Assembly: GCA_040217195.1 (NCBI GenBank)
Contig: JAVJNR010000009.1
Span: forward strand, 32,001 to 96,000
Reading direction: 5' to 3'
Source: Leptospiraceae bacterium
GTDB lineage: Bacteria > Spirochaetota > Leptospiria > Leptospirales > Leptonemataceae
Length of the DNA stretch: 64,000 nucleotides
A program made the translations under genes and the position numbers. Below, piece by piece: positions 38,884 through 48,471 of the stretch. The number at the start of each line of letters is the position of its first letter. The stretch's first letter is position 1. The notes beneath the pieces are model-generated. The model was given only the letters and a program-made list of their open reading frames with translations. It ran no database searches and had not been told where the DNA came from.

Positions 38884-39501
38884 AGGTACGCTCGCTCGGC
38901 TACCTCCTGTAGCCGCGCTCCCGTTTTCTTTTTTTGCGGTCCTACGGACCTTGCGATCATCCTGATCGCGGAGATCAAGATCTCCAGGTACGCTCACTCG
39001 GCTACCTCCTGTAGCCGCGCTCCCGTTTTCTTTTTTTGCGGTCCTACGGACCTTGCGATCATCCTGATCGCGGAGATCAAGATCTCCAGGTACGCTCGCT
39101 CGGCTACCTCCTGTAGCCGCGCTCCCGTTTTCTTTTTTTGCGGTCCTACGGACCTTGCGATCATCCTGATCGCGGAGATCAAGATCTCCAGGTACGCTCA
39201 CTCGGCTACCTCCTGTAGCCGCCCTCCCGTTATCTTTTTTTGCGGTCCTACGGACCTTGCATGAACCGGTTGGGTTGCGGCGCAACCCCCTCAAATTGCT
39301 GCCGCCTTCCAGTTGGCCTACCTGATCGCGGAGATCAAGATCTCCAGGTACGCTCACTCGGCTACCTCCTGTAGCCGCCCTCCCGTTATCTTTTTTTGCG
39401 GTCCTACGGACCTTGCATGAACCGGGTGGGTTGCGGCGCAACCCTCTCAAATTGCTGCCGCCTTCCAGTTGCCCCACCTGATCGCGGAGATCCGGATCTC
39501 C
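38884..39501. repeat. tandem multi-hairpin repeat array, 3 x 102 bp + 2 x 156 bp
   Basis: Units start AGGTACGCTC at 38884, 38986, 39088, 39190, 39346; each holds four inverted repeats. Confidence 0.97.
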
Positions 39502-39661
39502 CCTAACGCTCGGCCTTTGAAGTCCGGTTTTTACCCACGGATATAAAGACCTCGCAAGCCAAACCACACGATTTGGTTTGTAGCACAATCGATGCACGGA
39601 ATCGTTGCTTGCGCTACCGAGCGGGGGCTCAAAAGCCCAACGTTGTGTCAGCTCTTTTGTC

Positions 39662-39691
39662 TTGACAGTTTTGTAACATCCGATCCAAGAT
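39662..39691 (+). promoter_or_regulatory. possible sigma70-type promoter for the MCP
   Basis: TTGACA-18-CAAGAT just upstream of ATG 39706; -10 is imperfect. Confidence 0.35.
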
Positions 39692-39705
39692 CGTCGGGAA
39701 ATCCC

Positions 39706-41289
39706 ATGGCTTCCACCGGCAAAAATGATAACGATTCGGCTGACTCCATATTAGCACGGAGTTACCGGTTTTCCAACTATGTTCGGCTTGGCCTTGCCCT
39801 GGTTTTTGCCGGAGCGGTTCTGGCCACTGGAATCGGCCGGTTTCATTTAATCATTATACAGGCAGAAGCAGTGGGCACACTGGTCTACCTATTTCTGGGC
39901 CTTCTGGGACTCTACCTTATGCGGGGCGGTCGTATTCCCCGTCGGTATGCCCGGCTGGCCGTGTTTCTGGATCTAACCACATTGGGCGGCATCTTCGCTG
40001 TAGTCTGCTTTCACGGCACCTACCAGGCCTATCAGATGATAGGTAACATGCCGGTATTTGCCATATTCTTTATTAGCATCGGTTACTCGGCTCTGCTGGG
40101 TTCTCCAAGGTTCACATTTGCACTGACTCTTTATGCCGGTCTACTTTATGCGATGGGCCTGGTCATGGCGGCCAACAATGGCGTTGCATTTGGAGGCAAA
40201 CCCGATCCATTGAATCACGTCCTCAGCTTGCCAAATTGCATATTGCAAACATTGTTCATTGTCCTTACCGGAACCATCATTGCCGGAGTTCTACAGATGC
40301 ACAGGGGGCTTTCTAGAATTGCCGATGACCATGCAGGGGAAAAAGCAGCACTGATTCAGTCATTGAAGGAACGGCGGGAAAAGCTGGCCAATCATGCACT
40401 GGAGCTGGAGGCCACCACGGCCGATTTCAAGAGATTCGTGGAGGATACCACCGGTAGAATCGAAGCCCAGGCAGCAGCGCTGGAGCAAGCCAATGCTGTT
40501 TCAGAAGAGCTTACGGCCAGTGCGACCAGCACATCGGAAACCGTACAATCCCAGAGCCAGGGTATTGAGAGAATGGCAAGCGAAAGCCAGAGGCTGCGAA
40601 GTATCATAGATCATGTAGCCCGCTCCAACGAATCCCTGAATCGTTCAGCCCGAGATAGTATGGACAGTATGCAGGCTACCGGTGAGGCTATTGAGCAGAC
40701 CACAGGTAGCCTTCTGGATCTGGAACAGGCCTTTGCAAGCGTGCAGCAGATAACCACTATTATGATTGAGATCGCAGATAAGACGAATCTACTGTCCTTG
40801 AATGCATCCATTGAAGCAGCCAGAGCCGGAGATGCCGGCCGAGGATTTGCCGTGGTAGCCACTGAAGTTAGCAAACTTGCAGATTATACGGCCGAGAACG
40901 TCCGCAAAATTAGCGATATTGTGGAACAATCACTGCATACAATTGCAAATGCCCGTTCCCATGCGGATAATGCCGTTAGTCAGGCCACCACCCAGAGAAC
41001 CAGGACCAGAGAAACCGAACAGCAGGTCCGGGCTACTTCTGACCTGCTCAAGAGTCAGAATGAAATACTGGAAAACCTGATTGCTGAATTGGAAACTCAG
41101 AGGGACCGGGCCGGAGTTGTTATTAGCACGGCGCGTGAGCAGATAGAAGGACAGCAGGAGCTGGCAAGGACAATAACCAGCCTGGACTCCGAGGTAAGTA
41201 GAATTAACGAGGCCTCCACTCGGTTAAAACAGGGAATTGATAGTATAGCACGGCAGAGCCATGAACTGCGGGCATTGAGTCAGACGTAA
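39706..41289 (+). CDS. methyl-accepting chemotaxis protein, paralogue of 20031-21614
   Basis: MCP hairpin [20 protein letters not shown]; shared [26 protein letters not shown] sensor. Confidence 0.93.
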   Translation: MASTGKNDNDSADSILARSYRFSNYVRLGLALVFAGAVLATGIGRFHLIIIQAEAVGTLVYLFLGLLGLYLMRGGRIPRRYARLAVFLDLTTLGGIFAVVCFHGTYQAYQMIGNMPVFAIFFISIGYSALLGSPRFTFALTLYAGLLYAMGLVMAANNGVAFGGKPDPLNHVLSLPNCILQTLFIVLTGTIIAGVLQMHRGLSRIADDHAGEKAALIQSLKERREKLANHALELEATTADFKRFVEDTTGRIEAQAAALEQANAVSEELTASATSTSETVQSQSQGIERMASESQRLRSIIDHVARSNESLNRSARDSMDSMQATGEAIEQTTGSLLDLEQAFASVQQITTIMIEIADKTNLLSLNASIEAARAGDAGRGFAVVATEVSKLADYTAENVRKISDIVEQSLHTIANARSHADNAVSQATTQRTRTRETEQQVRATSDLLKSQNEILENLIAELETQRDRAGVVISTAREQIEGQQELARTITSLDSEVSRINEASTRLKQGIDSIARQSHELRALSQT

Positions 41290-41385
41290 GCAGTCAGTTA
41301 CCAGGCAATTGTGGACTGGCTACACCTATAGCCTGCTCCATAGACTCTGTTCAATACTAATTCGCGGCGAATTCAGCGGTCTATT

Positions 41386-41790
41386 TCAGGGAAGAAATAC
41401 GGCAGCCAGTTCTTCTTCGGTTACTGGTTTGACGATATAGCCGGCTATTTCCTGAATTTTCTTCGCTCTTTCCATGTCTGCAGGATCTGTGCTGGAACTC
41501 ACCATAAATACCGTTACCTGCCTGGGTAGATCGGACCGCATTTGAGAAAATCTCTCCATGAACTCCCAGCCATCCATCACTGGCATATTTATATCCAGCA
41601 AAATTATTTCCGGTATTTGCTCCGGATTACTGGTGACCGCCGTCAGATACTCCAAGGCTTCCGATCCATCTGAGAAAACCATGAGGTTTCTGCACATCTG
41701 GCGGCGCTTGATTAGACGCCCGGCTGTATACGTATAGGCTTCATCGTCATCAATTATACAGGCCAGATCTATCTTTCTTTGAGATTCCAT
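41386..41790 (-). CDS. single-domain response regulator (receiver)
   Basis: IIDDD, LLDINMPVMDGWEF, SSS, IVKP. Confidence 0.9.
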   Translation of the reverse strand: MESQRKIDLACIIDDDEAYTYTAGRLIKRRQMCRNLMVFSDGSEALEYLTAVTSNPEQIPEIILLDINMPVMDGWEFMERFSQMRSDLPRQVTVFMVSSSTDPADMERAKKIQEIAGYIVKPVTEEELAAVFLP

Positions 41791-41868
41791 ATCCAGTTGC
41801 ACACTTGAACATTCCGCTGACTACAGTTCAAGCTTTTCTCGTTCTGGCCCCGTCGCGCCAACCATCGA

Positions 41869-44334
41869 CTATTTCGACCGGGACTCCGCCTTAATCAATT
41901 GCACCAGTTCTTTCAGCCCATCCGGCTTCAAAAACAGGCGACAGTTAACATTCATTGCCTGATCTTTTGCCTCCTGGGATGAGTCTGCAGTTAAGATATA
42001 CAGCTCAAGATTAGCAGACATGGCCCCCAGAGAGGACCTTACACTGCGGATTAATTCAGGGCCATCCCCATCTGGCAGGTGCATATCAGATATCAAGATA
42101 TCAAACTGGTTCGCTCGGATCTCCTCCATAGCCTCTGCAATAGTGCCTACAGTAGTGATTTCATAAAGAGGGCCCAGCCTTCGGCGTAAGACCTGTTCTG
42201 TGATCACATTATCTTCTACGTATAAGATCCTATTCTTCTCTGGTTCCATTTTCTCTCTCACTAAGGCGGCCTGGCATTTTTCAATGTGCCAGGCTATGAT
42301 GGGATCAGCAGGAGCAATTCGTAAGGTATCTACAAACTGATGATACGCTTCCCTGTACTGCAGAGCTTGCTTCAGGGCCAGCCCGCCAATCAATGCCCCG
42401 GTGGCCGCACTTTTTTGCTCCTTCAGATGAGGTGGATCCGCCTCGAAGCATTCATAGACAGTCACAGGATCCTTTTTTCCTCTGATTTGAATGTGGTCTA
42501 TCTCTCTACGAGCGCAGTCATTTTTGAGCAAACGAACGGTGGCCGCTGACATTAGTATTCCACTTCCCAGTTTCTTCGAAAGGGATTCCAGTCGGGCCGC
42601 AAGGTTTACTGTATCTCCGATAACCGTTGTATCCATTCTTCCCAAAAATCCCACCGTGCCCAGGGCCACCCGACCGGTACTCAATGCAACTACGACATTG
42701 ACCGGCGGCCCTTCTTTGAGCATTCGGCTATCATTGTGGGTTGAAATCTCTTTCTGTATACGTATTGCGCATTCCACAGCGCTATCTGCCGAGCCAGGAA
42801 ACAATGCCAGCAAGCCATCGCCCAAAAACTTATCAATAAAGCCACCCTTTTCATTGACCATGGGTCCCACTCGACTCAAATACTCATTGAGAAATTGCAT
42901 GGTCTTCTCCGGTCCCATGTTTTCTGAGAGTCTGGTAAAATTACGAATGTCCACAAACATCACGGTAACTTGAGTTTCTACTACCTGACCCAGCCTAACA
43001 CTGCGAATGTCATCGCTCAAAAAGGAAAGAAATTGTTCCGGGACAAAGTGGCGCAGAGCTTCATTGGTTTCCCTTAGTTCCGTAGATAGTTCAAAGTTCT
43101 TCTTTGAGAATTTTGCGGTCCGACGCCCGAGCATGACTGCAATTGGGAACAGGAAAAAAAGAAAACCCAGGGATCCGGTCTCATAATGTACCGGGGAGTC
43201 CAGACCATCCGCGCGGAAAAAGTCATTGGCCAGGGCAAACACAAGTACCAGAAATGCAACCCCCACAAGCATGGCCTCTCTTCGAAATTTGAGTACTTCG
43301 CGTGCAAGAATAATGAGGATTATCAGAGCTGTTCCCCCTGAAAACACTTGAGCAGCAATGGTGTATTTCGAATAGACTGCAACAGGTAAAAAGATAGAGG
43401 CCGCAGAGATCAGCACCGGGACGATCAATAGGCTTCGCTTCAGTAGCAGCAATCCGCCTACCTTTAAGAACTCTAAAAGGAAATAGAGAAAAATAGGAGC
43501 GATTAACAGATCAATTGAAAACTCCATCCAGGCAAAAAGCTCATAGCCATGCGGGAACAATTCGTAGCCCAGCAGGGAACCGGTAAGACTGGCCCGCAAA
43601 CCAGCAAATAGCGCTATCCAGAAGAAATAAAAGAAAGATCGATCAGCCGGCCAGGCCAGGAAAATGATGAGAAAAAAGACTGAGCCCACCACCATGCTGC
43701 CAAAAACCAGCATTTGCCGAAGAGCCAGAAAGAGCTCGGCGCGTCGCAGAGATTGAAGGGAGCCAACCATGGACTCTTCCATGGGCCCGCCCAGGGGGTT
43801 CTGAAAATTTGATACCCGAAGTTCAATCTCATTGGACCCTGCATTTAGAACCACCAGCGGTCGCGACAGTGCAGGCTCCATTGCCTCTGCCTGGACAGCC
43901 ACATTTCCTGCCCCGGCCTGGCGCTGGCTGTTTACAAATATTTCGAATGCAGAATTCTGCCTTCCCAGCCAGATTCCGTAGGGCCCCTGAGTCTCCGGTA
44001 CCTGGATTGTAAACCTGTAGATTCCCAGGCCCGATGAGGAGGTTGCCTCATTTCTGGAATCCATGTTCCGCCAGCTTCGATGAATTGGCCGCTCCATTCC
44101 TGAAGCTGATTTTGATCCGGTTGCAGGCTCCTTTATCCACTGGAACGAAACATTGCCCCTTAGCGGATAGATCCGACTGACGTCCCCTTCCTTCCGGTCA
44201 GGAATCTGAAACTGCCCTTGCTGGCTCAGCAGAGGTTTCCCTTCCTTCACGCAGGAGATGACAGACACTGCCAACAACAGAACTGGAATAAACGTTTTAC
44301 GGGCTCCGGAAGACCTGCCGGGTTGTAATCTCAT
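41869..44334 (-). CDS. class III adenylate/guanylate cyclase with 7TM-DISM input and C-terminal receiver domain
   Basis: Lipobox-like VISC; 7TM; FVDIRNFT, DKFLGDG, GDTVNLAARLE; receiver VEDN..SDMHLPDG..LKP; start 44334 or 44343. Confidence 0.9.
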   Translation of the reverse strand: MRLQPGRSSGARKTFIPVLLLAVSVISCVKEGKPLLSQQGQFQIPDRKEGDVSRIYPLRGNVSFQWIKEPATGSKSASGMERPIHRSWRNMDSRNEATSSSGLGIYRFTIQVPETQGPYGIWLGRQNSAFEIFVNSQRQAGAGNVAVQAEAMEPALSRPLVVLNAGSNEIELRVSNFQNPLGGPMEESMVGSLQSLRRAELFLALRQMLVFGSMVVGSVFFLIIFLAWPADRSFFYFFWIALFAGLRASLTGSLLGYELFPHGYELFAWMEFSIDLLIAPIFLYFLLEFLKVGGLLLLKRSLLIVPVLISAASIFLPVAVYSKYTIAAQVFSGGTALIILIILAREVLKFRREAMLVGVAFLVLVFALANDFFRADGLDSPVHYETGSLGFLFFLFPIAVMLGRRTAKFSKKNFELSTELRETNEALRHFVPEQFLSFLSDDIRSVRLGQVVETQVTVMFVDIRNFTRLSENMGPEKTMQFLNEYLSRVGPMVNEKGGFIDKFLGDGLLALFPGSADSAVECAIRIQKEISTHNDSRMLKEGPPVNVVVALSTGRVALGTVGFLGRMDTTVIGDTVNLAARLESLSKKLGSGILMSAATVRLLKNDCARREIDHIQIRGKKDPVTVYECFEADPPHLKEQKSAATGALIGGLALKQALQYREAYHQFVDTLRIAPADPIIAWHIEKCQAALVREKMEPEKNRILYVEDNVITEQVLRRRLGPLYEITTVGTIAEAMEEIRANQFDILISDMHLPDGDGPELIRSVRSSLGAMSANLELYILTADSSQEAKDQAMNVNCRLFLKPDGLKELVQLIKAESRSK

Positions 44335-44410
44335 TCGGAGCATTCCTTTAATTGAGGATGGAAACCACTCTACCAATTGGATCAGTTCCTTGAATCCATC
44401 AACAATGGGT

Positions 44411-46759
44411 TCAAGGAGACGATTCCATAATTGGTTCTAAAACCATGGGAAGGTCAATACAAAAAGTGGTCCCCTTTCCTACTTCACTTTCTACAGAAAT
44501 AAAACCTCCCAGAGATTCAATTTGCTGAAATGTGAGATATAGTCCCAGACCACGAGCATCCTTATTGCCATGAAAGGTCTTATATAAACCAAACAACTTA
44601 TCGCCATATTTCTCCAGATCCATACCAAGACCGTTATCCTGCACCAGGATCTTCATTCGCTTTTGATCTTCCGTTGCTTCTTCTGCTTCTTTAATAGTAA
44701 TCCGGATTTCAGGTTCCCGATCCGGATGCCTGTATTTTATTGCATTAGATATTAGGTTATACAGGATACTTTCTAGATACGCGGGCTGGCTATGGAACGG
44801 ACGGACAAGGTGATTATCCCGGATCAATTGAAAAGGAACTCCATGGAACGCTCCATGCAATGTTCCCTCGATCTTTTTCAAGAGTGAATTTAAATCAATG
44901 GCTTCGTAGGACAGGTGGATAGAATGCTGAACCTGAACTACCGAAGAAAGATCATCGAGCGTTTGCATCAAGTTATTGGACGATCTCTTAAGCATTTCCC
45001 AGAGCTCTTCCTGTTCTGCCGGCTCAGGCTCAATTTCATACTCATCGATAAGAACCTTAATGTTACCGGCATAGGATCGTAAATTGTGTGCCACGATCTG
45101 TGAAAAGGCCAGCAATCTATTTCTCTGGTTATCCAGTGCCCGGATACTTCTCTTTAATTCCTCGGATTGACTGGCATTTTGAGATTCCAGGTTCTTTCTC
45201 TGGTCAATGTCTACCAGAGAACCAACCATTCTGTGCGGACCGCCATCCGCATCTCGACTGGCAAAACCCGCTGTTTCATACCATTTATAGCTTCCATCCT
45301 TGGTTCGCATACGTACTTCCAGCTTATATCTGTGGCCGCTATTCAAGTGCAGTTCCACTGCATCGAGCACCTGCTGCCGGTTATCTGGATGTAATAGGGT
45401 GTTTAGAAAGGTATCATAGGTGGCCGGAATGTCCCCTGGTTCGTAACCTAGAATTTGATAGAATGAATCAGACCATCGCTCCAGACCGGAATCAATATCC
45501 CATTCCCAGATTCCCGCCGAAATCCCGGCAGTAAAAAGCTGGAATGCCTCCTGATCCTGTGAGGCCTGAATTAGTTCTGCCTCTTTCCCCGAACGCACCG
45601 AGGCGCTATAGAACACTTCATCCCGGCGACTCTCTTCACGGACAAAAAGAATAACTGCCATTGGCTCCTGCCGGGCATCCCAGAGAGTGCCGGAGAAATG
45701 CCCCGGAACCTGTGCGGTTTGTTTAAGTCCCGGCACACCTGGTAGACTGGTTTTGAGATTGCTCTCGGGTGGTATCAGGTCCAGTAATGAAGATCCATGG
45801 ATGGAACGTCTGAGCCCGCCCAGCAAACTACGAAAGGCACCGTTCGTTTCCAGTAACGTTCCATTGGCATCCCATAATAAGAAGGGATAGCCCAGTCGGT
45901 CCGCCATGGCCGAAGTATATGTGCGACGCACGGCCCGATTCAATGCAAATTTGTGCCTCAATATTTGATAACTGAAAGCCAGAAAACCAATCATAGAAAG
46001 CAGGGCCAATGCCTCCGTGCCCAGGGCTACAGAAATAAGGCCGATTCGCAGTAGATGCAAGAACAGCAGTCCGGCCAGGAAAGGAAAACCAAGGGAAACC
46101 ACCAATGCCAGGATGGCCAGACCCAATCTTCGTCCCCGAAATACTGGGATTAAGATTGGATTGCCGGGTCGTAGAAGAAGGATTCCTGCCGCCAGAGCGA
46201 TTATCGAAACCGTGGTGGACCAGGACATCGTGGAATACAGCGCACCGGAGCCTAGATCCACGTCTCCGTACACCCGACCCACCAGGCGAACCAGCCCAGC
46301 AATAAACGCTAGAAAGCCAAGTCCGGTGGAAAGCACGGCCAGCCGAAAAAGACTGATGGCGATGAAGGCACCGCCCAGAAATAGAAGGCCAATGGCCGTC
46401 ATGAAGGACATCTGACCTGGAATCCCGATTTCAGTATAGGAATCCTCGACGAATAGCTCATCCATAGGTGCCCATCCAGCTACCGTTAGCACAGGAATGA
46501 GCATAAGCAAGAGCACAGGGATGGAATAGCGGGCAGAGTTCTTTCGATGAAAAAGAAGGCAGGCCAGAGTAAGCCCCAATAAAGTCAGGGCTGTATTGAA
46601 TTTCATGGTAGCTTTGCCCTGCAGAAGCCAGGGGACTTCGGAAGAAGGCCATACCCAGCATACCAAAGCCAGGCTCGATACAAGCAAAGGAAAAAGGAGA
46701 ATAGACCGCCTGACCAGGTGGAGCCGGTTATAGGTTAGAGCTGTAAAAACTGATGGCAC
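44411..46759 (-). CDS. membrane PAS-domain sensor histidine kinase
   Basis: Multi-TM N-terminus, PAS/PAC (GIWEWD..LHPD..RMRTKDGSYKW), VAHNLRS H-box, NAIKY, DNGLG, GLGL. Confidence 0.9.
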   Translation of the reverse strand: MPSVFTALTYNRLHLVRRSILLFPLLVSSLALVCWVWPSSEVPWLLQGKATMKFNTALTLLGLTLACLLFHRKNSARYSIPVLLLMLIPVLTVAGWAPMDELFVEDSYTEIGIPGQMSFMTAIGLLFLGGAFIAISLFRLAVLSTGLGFLAFIAGLVRLVGRVYGDVDLGSGALYSTMSWSTTVSIIALAAGILLLRPGNPILIPVFRGRRLGLAILALVVSLGFPFLAGLLFLHLLRIGLISVALGTEALALLSMIGFLAFSYQILRHKFALNRAVRRTYTSAMADRLGYPFLLWDANGTLLETNGAFRSLLGGLRRSIHGSSLLDLIPPESNLKTSLPGVPGLKQTAQVPGHFSGTLWDARQEPMAVILFVREESRRDEVFYSASVRSGKEAELIQASQDQEAFQLFTAGISAGIWEWDIDSGLERWSDSFYQILGYEPGDIPATYDTFLNTLLHPDNRQQVLDAVELHLNSGHRYKLEVRMRTKDGSYKWYETAGFASRDADGGPHRMVGSLVDIDQRKNLESQNASQSEELKRSIRALDNQRNRLLAFSQIVAHNLRSYAGNIKVLIDEYEIEPEPAEQEELWEMLKRSSNNLMQTLDDLSSVVQVQHSIHLSYEAIDLNSLLKKIEGTLHGAFHGVPFQLIRDNHLVRPFHSQPAYLESILYNLISNAIKYRHPDREPEIRITIKEAEEATEDQKRMKILVQDNGLGMDLEKYGDKLFGLYKTFHGNKDARGLGLYLTFQQIESLGGFISVESEVGKGTTFCIDLPMVLEPIMESSP

Positions 46760-46923
46760 TCAGTACCCCCCTATTCCAGAGGCTGATTGTAATCGATCAT
46801 ACATTCAAGGCTTTTTCCGAAGCGGAGAGACAGAACAGGCAGAGAACCTGGATTCAACTTAGCCTGTTGCATCGCCTCAAATCTCACTTTACGCGGCGGG
46901 TGCCTGCAGGTTTTTCGTAAAGA

Positions 46924-48006
46924 ATGAGTAGAATTTTCAACTTTTCCGCCGGACCGGCTACTTTGCCGGTTGAAGTTCTGGAGAAGGCCAGGGATGAGTT
47001 CCTGGATTTTCAGGGCAGCGGCATGTCTATTATTGAGATGTCTCATCGCGGCAAGATCTTTGATGCCGTTCATGAAAAATCATTTGAGTTACTGCGCAAA
47101 CTAGCAAATATTCCAGATCGTTTTGACATCAACTACATGGGAGGCGGCGCATCCACGCAGTTCGCACTCATTCCTATGAATCTTTCCGGTAAAGGAAGAA
47201 AGGCGGGCTACATCAATACTGGTAGTTGGTCCAAGAAAGCGATTGAGCAGGCCAAGATCCAGGGTCTTGATTTCCAGGTAATTGCAAGCTCCAAAGATAC
47301 AAACTTCAATCATATTCCGGATCCAATTAATGTTCCAGAAGGCCTGGACTATGTACATGCAACGTCCAACAACACCATCTTCGGAACTCAGTTCAAAACC
47401 TTCCCGAATCCCAATGGAAGTGTACTGACTATTGATATGAGCTCAGATTTTCTGAGCAAGCCAATCAGCTGGGATGGAGTAGGCATTGCCTATGCTGGTC
47501 TGCAAAAAAATGCAGGCCCATCGGGAATGGCTGTGGCCATTGTGGACAAGGAATTATATAAGCGCGAGAAAGAAGACACTCCTACAATGTTTCGCTATAG
47601 TACTTATGGCGAAAATAAGAGCCTCTATAACACTCCTCCTACATTTCAAATCTATATGCTGGGTTTGATTCTGGAATGGATCGATGGAAAAAGCGGCCTG
47701 GAAGGGATTGCCAGACACAATGAAAGCAAGGCAGCCCTGATCTACGATGTAATCGATGCCAATCCTGAGTTCTACATAGGTCATTCGCAAAAAGAAAGCC
47801 GCTCTTTGATGAATATCACATTCAATTGCAAAAGCGATGATCTGAATGCGAAATTCTTGGAAGAGACCAAAAAGCAGGGCATGGATGGCCTGAAAGGGCA
47901 TCGCTCTGTGGGTGGTCTACGAGCCTCAATTTACAATGCTATGAGTCAGGAAGGCTGCAAAGCATTGGCTGACTTCATGAAGGATTTTGCACAGAGGAAC
48001 GGATAA
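46924..48006 (+). CDS. serC: phosphoserine aminotransferase
   Basis: FNFSAGPATLP, EMSHR, GGASTQF, DMSSD, QKNAGPSG, NTPP, GHRSVGGLRASIYNA. Confidence 0.97.
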   Translation: MSRIFNFSAGPATLPVEVLEKARDEFLDFQGSGMSIIEMSHRGKIFDAVHEKSFELLRKLANIPDRFDINYMGGGASTQFALIPMNLSGKGRKAGYINTGSWSKKAIEQAKIQGLDFQVIASSKDTNFNHIPDPINVPEGLDYVHATSNNTIFGTQFKTFPNPNGSVLTIDMSSDFLSKPISWDGVGIAYAGLQKNAGPSGMAVAIVDKELYKREKEDTPTMFRYSTYGENKSLYNTPPTFQIYMLGLILEWIDGKSGLEGIARHNESKAALIYDVIDANPEFYIGHSQKESRSLMNITFNCKSDDLNAKFLEETKKQGMDGLKGHRSVGGLRASIYNAMSQEGCKALADFMKDFAQRNG

Positions 48007-48209
48007 TGTGGCTTCGCCTGGGCGATGGGGAAATTATTAATCTGGCTTTTGCCAGAACCATTCGCAAAGGCGATGAATCCACAATTGTTATCGAGATGAG
48101 TGGGGAAGATGGTCGCAAAGTGTTGCCCTTCCCCACCGATCCTCACCGGGATCAAACCTTTGAAAAACTGGTAGAGAATCTATCCAGGTTACGCCTGGCT
48201 CTCAAGTAG
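48006..48209 (+). CDS. small hypothetical protein coupled to serC
   Basis: TAATG stop/start overlap; globular-looking 67-aa sequence. Confidence 0.7.
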   Translation: MWLRLGDGEIINLAFARTIRKGDESTIVIEMSGEDGRKVLPFPTDPHRDQTFEKLVENLSRLRLALK

Positions 48210-48435
48210 CCGCCCCGTGACCCCGAAGAACGATTTCCAGCCATGGAATACTGTGCTGAGGGTGCAACCTTGCCATCAGAATTATCCGCTGCCTGAGTAA
48301 TATCCAGACGCAATAAATTATCCAGACCGAGAAAACCAGATGATGCATTCTGGCTAGAGTATCAGGTGCACGAAATGGTTTTGGGATTACCAGTGGAGCA
48401 TTCGCCCGGTAGGGATTGTTCTGCTGAGCGTCCAC
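48202..48435 (-). pseudogene. probable truncated paralogue of the adjacent DUF4328 protein
   Basis: NNPYRANAPL..FRAP then a TM parallels SNPYQVNVPL..FHAL then a TM; ends after 77 aa. Confidence 0.4.
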
Positions 48436-48471
48436 CTGTTCACAAGTTAGAGAATAATTATCGTATAGATA

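Noticed and set aside
38884..39501. CRISPR array
   Set aside because: Units are near-identical along their whole length with no unique spacers, periods are 102/156 bp, and no cas gene is present
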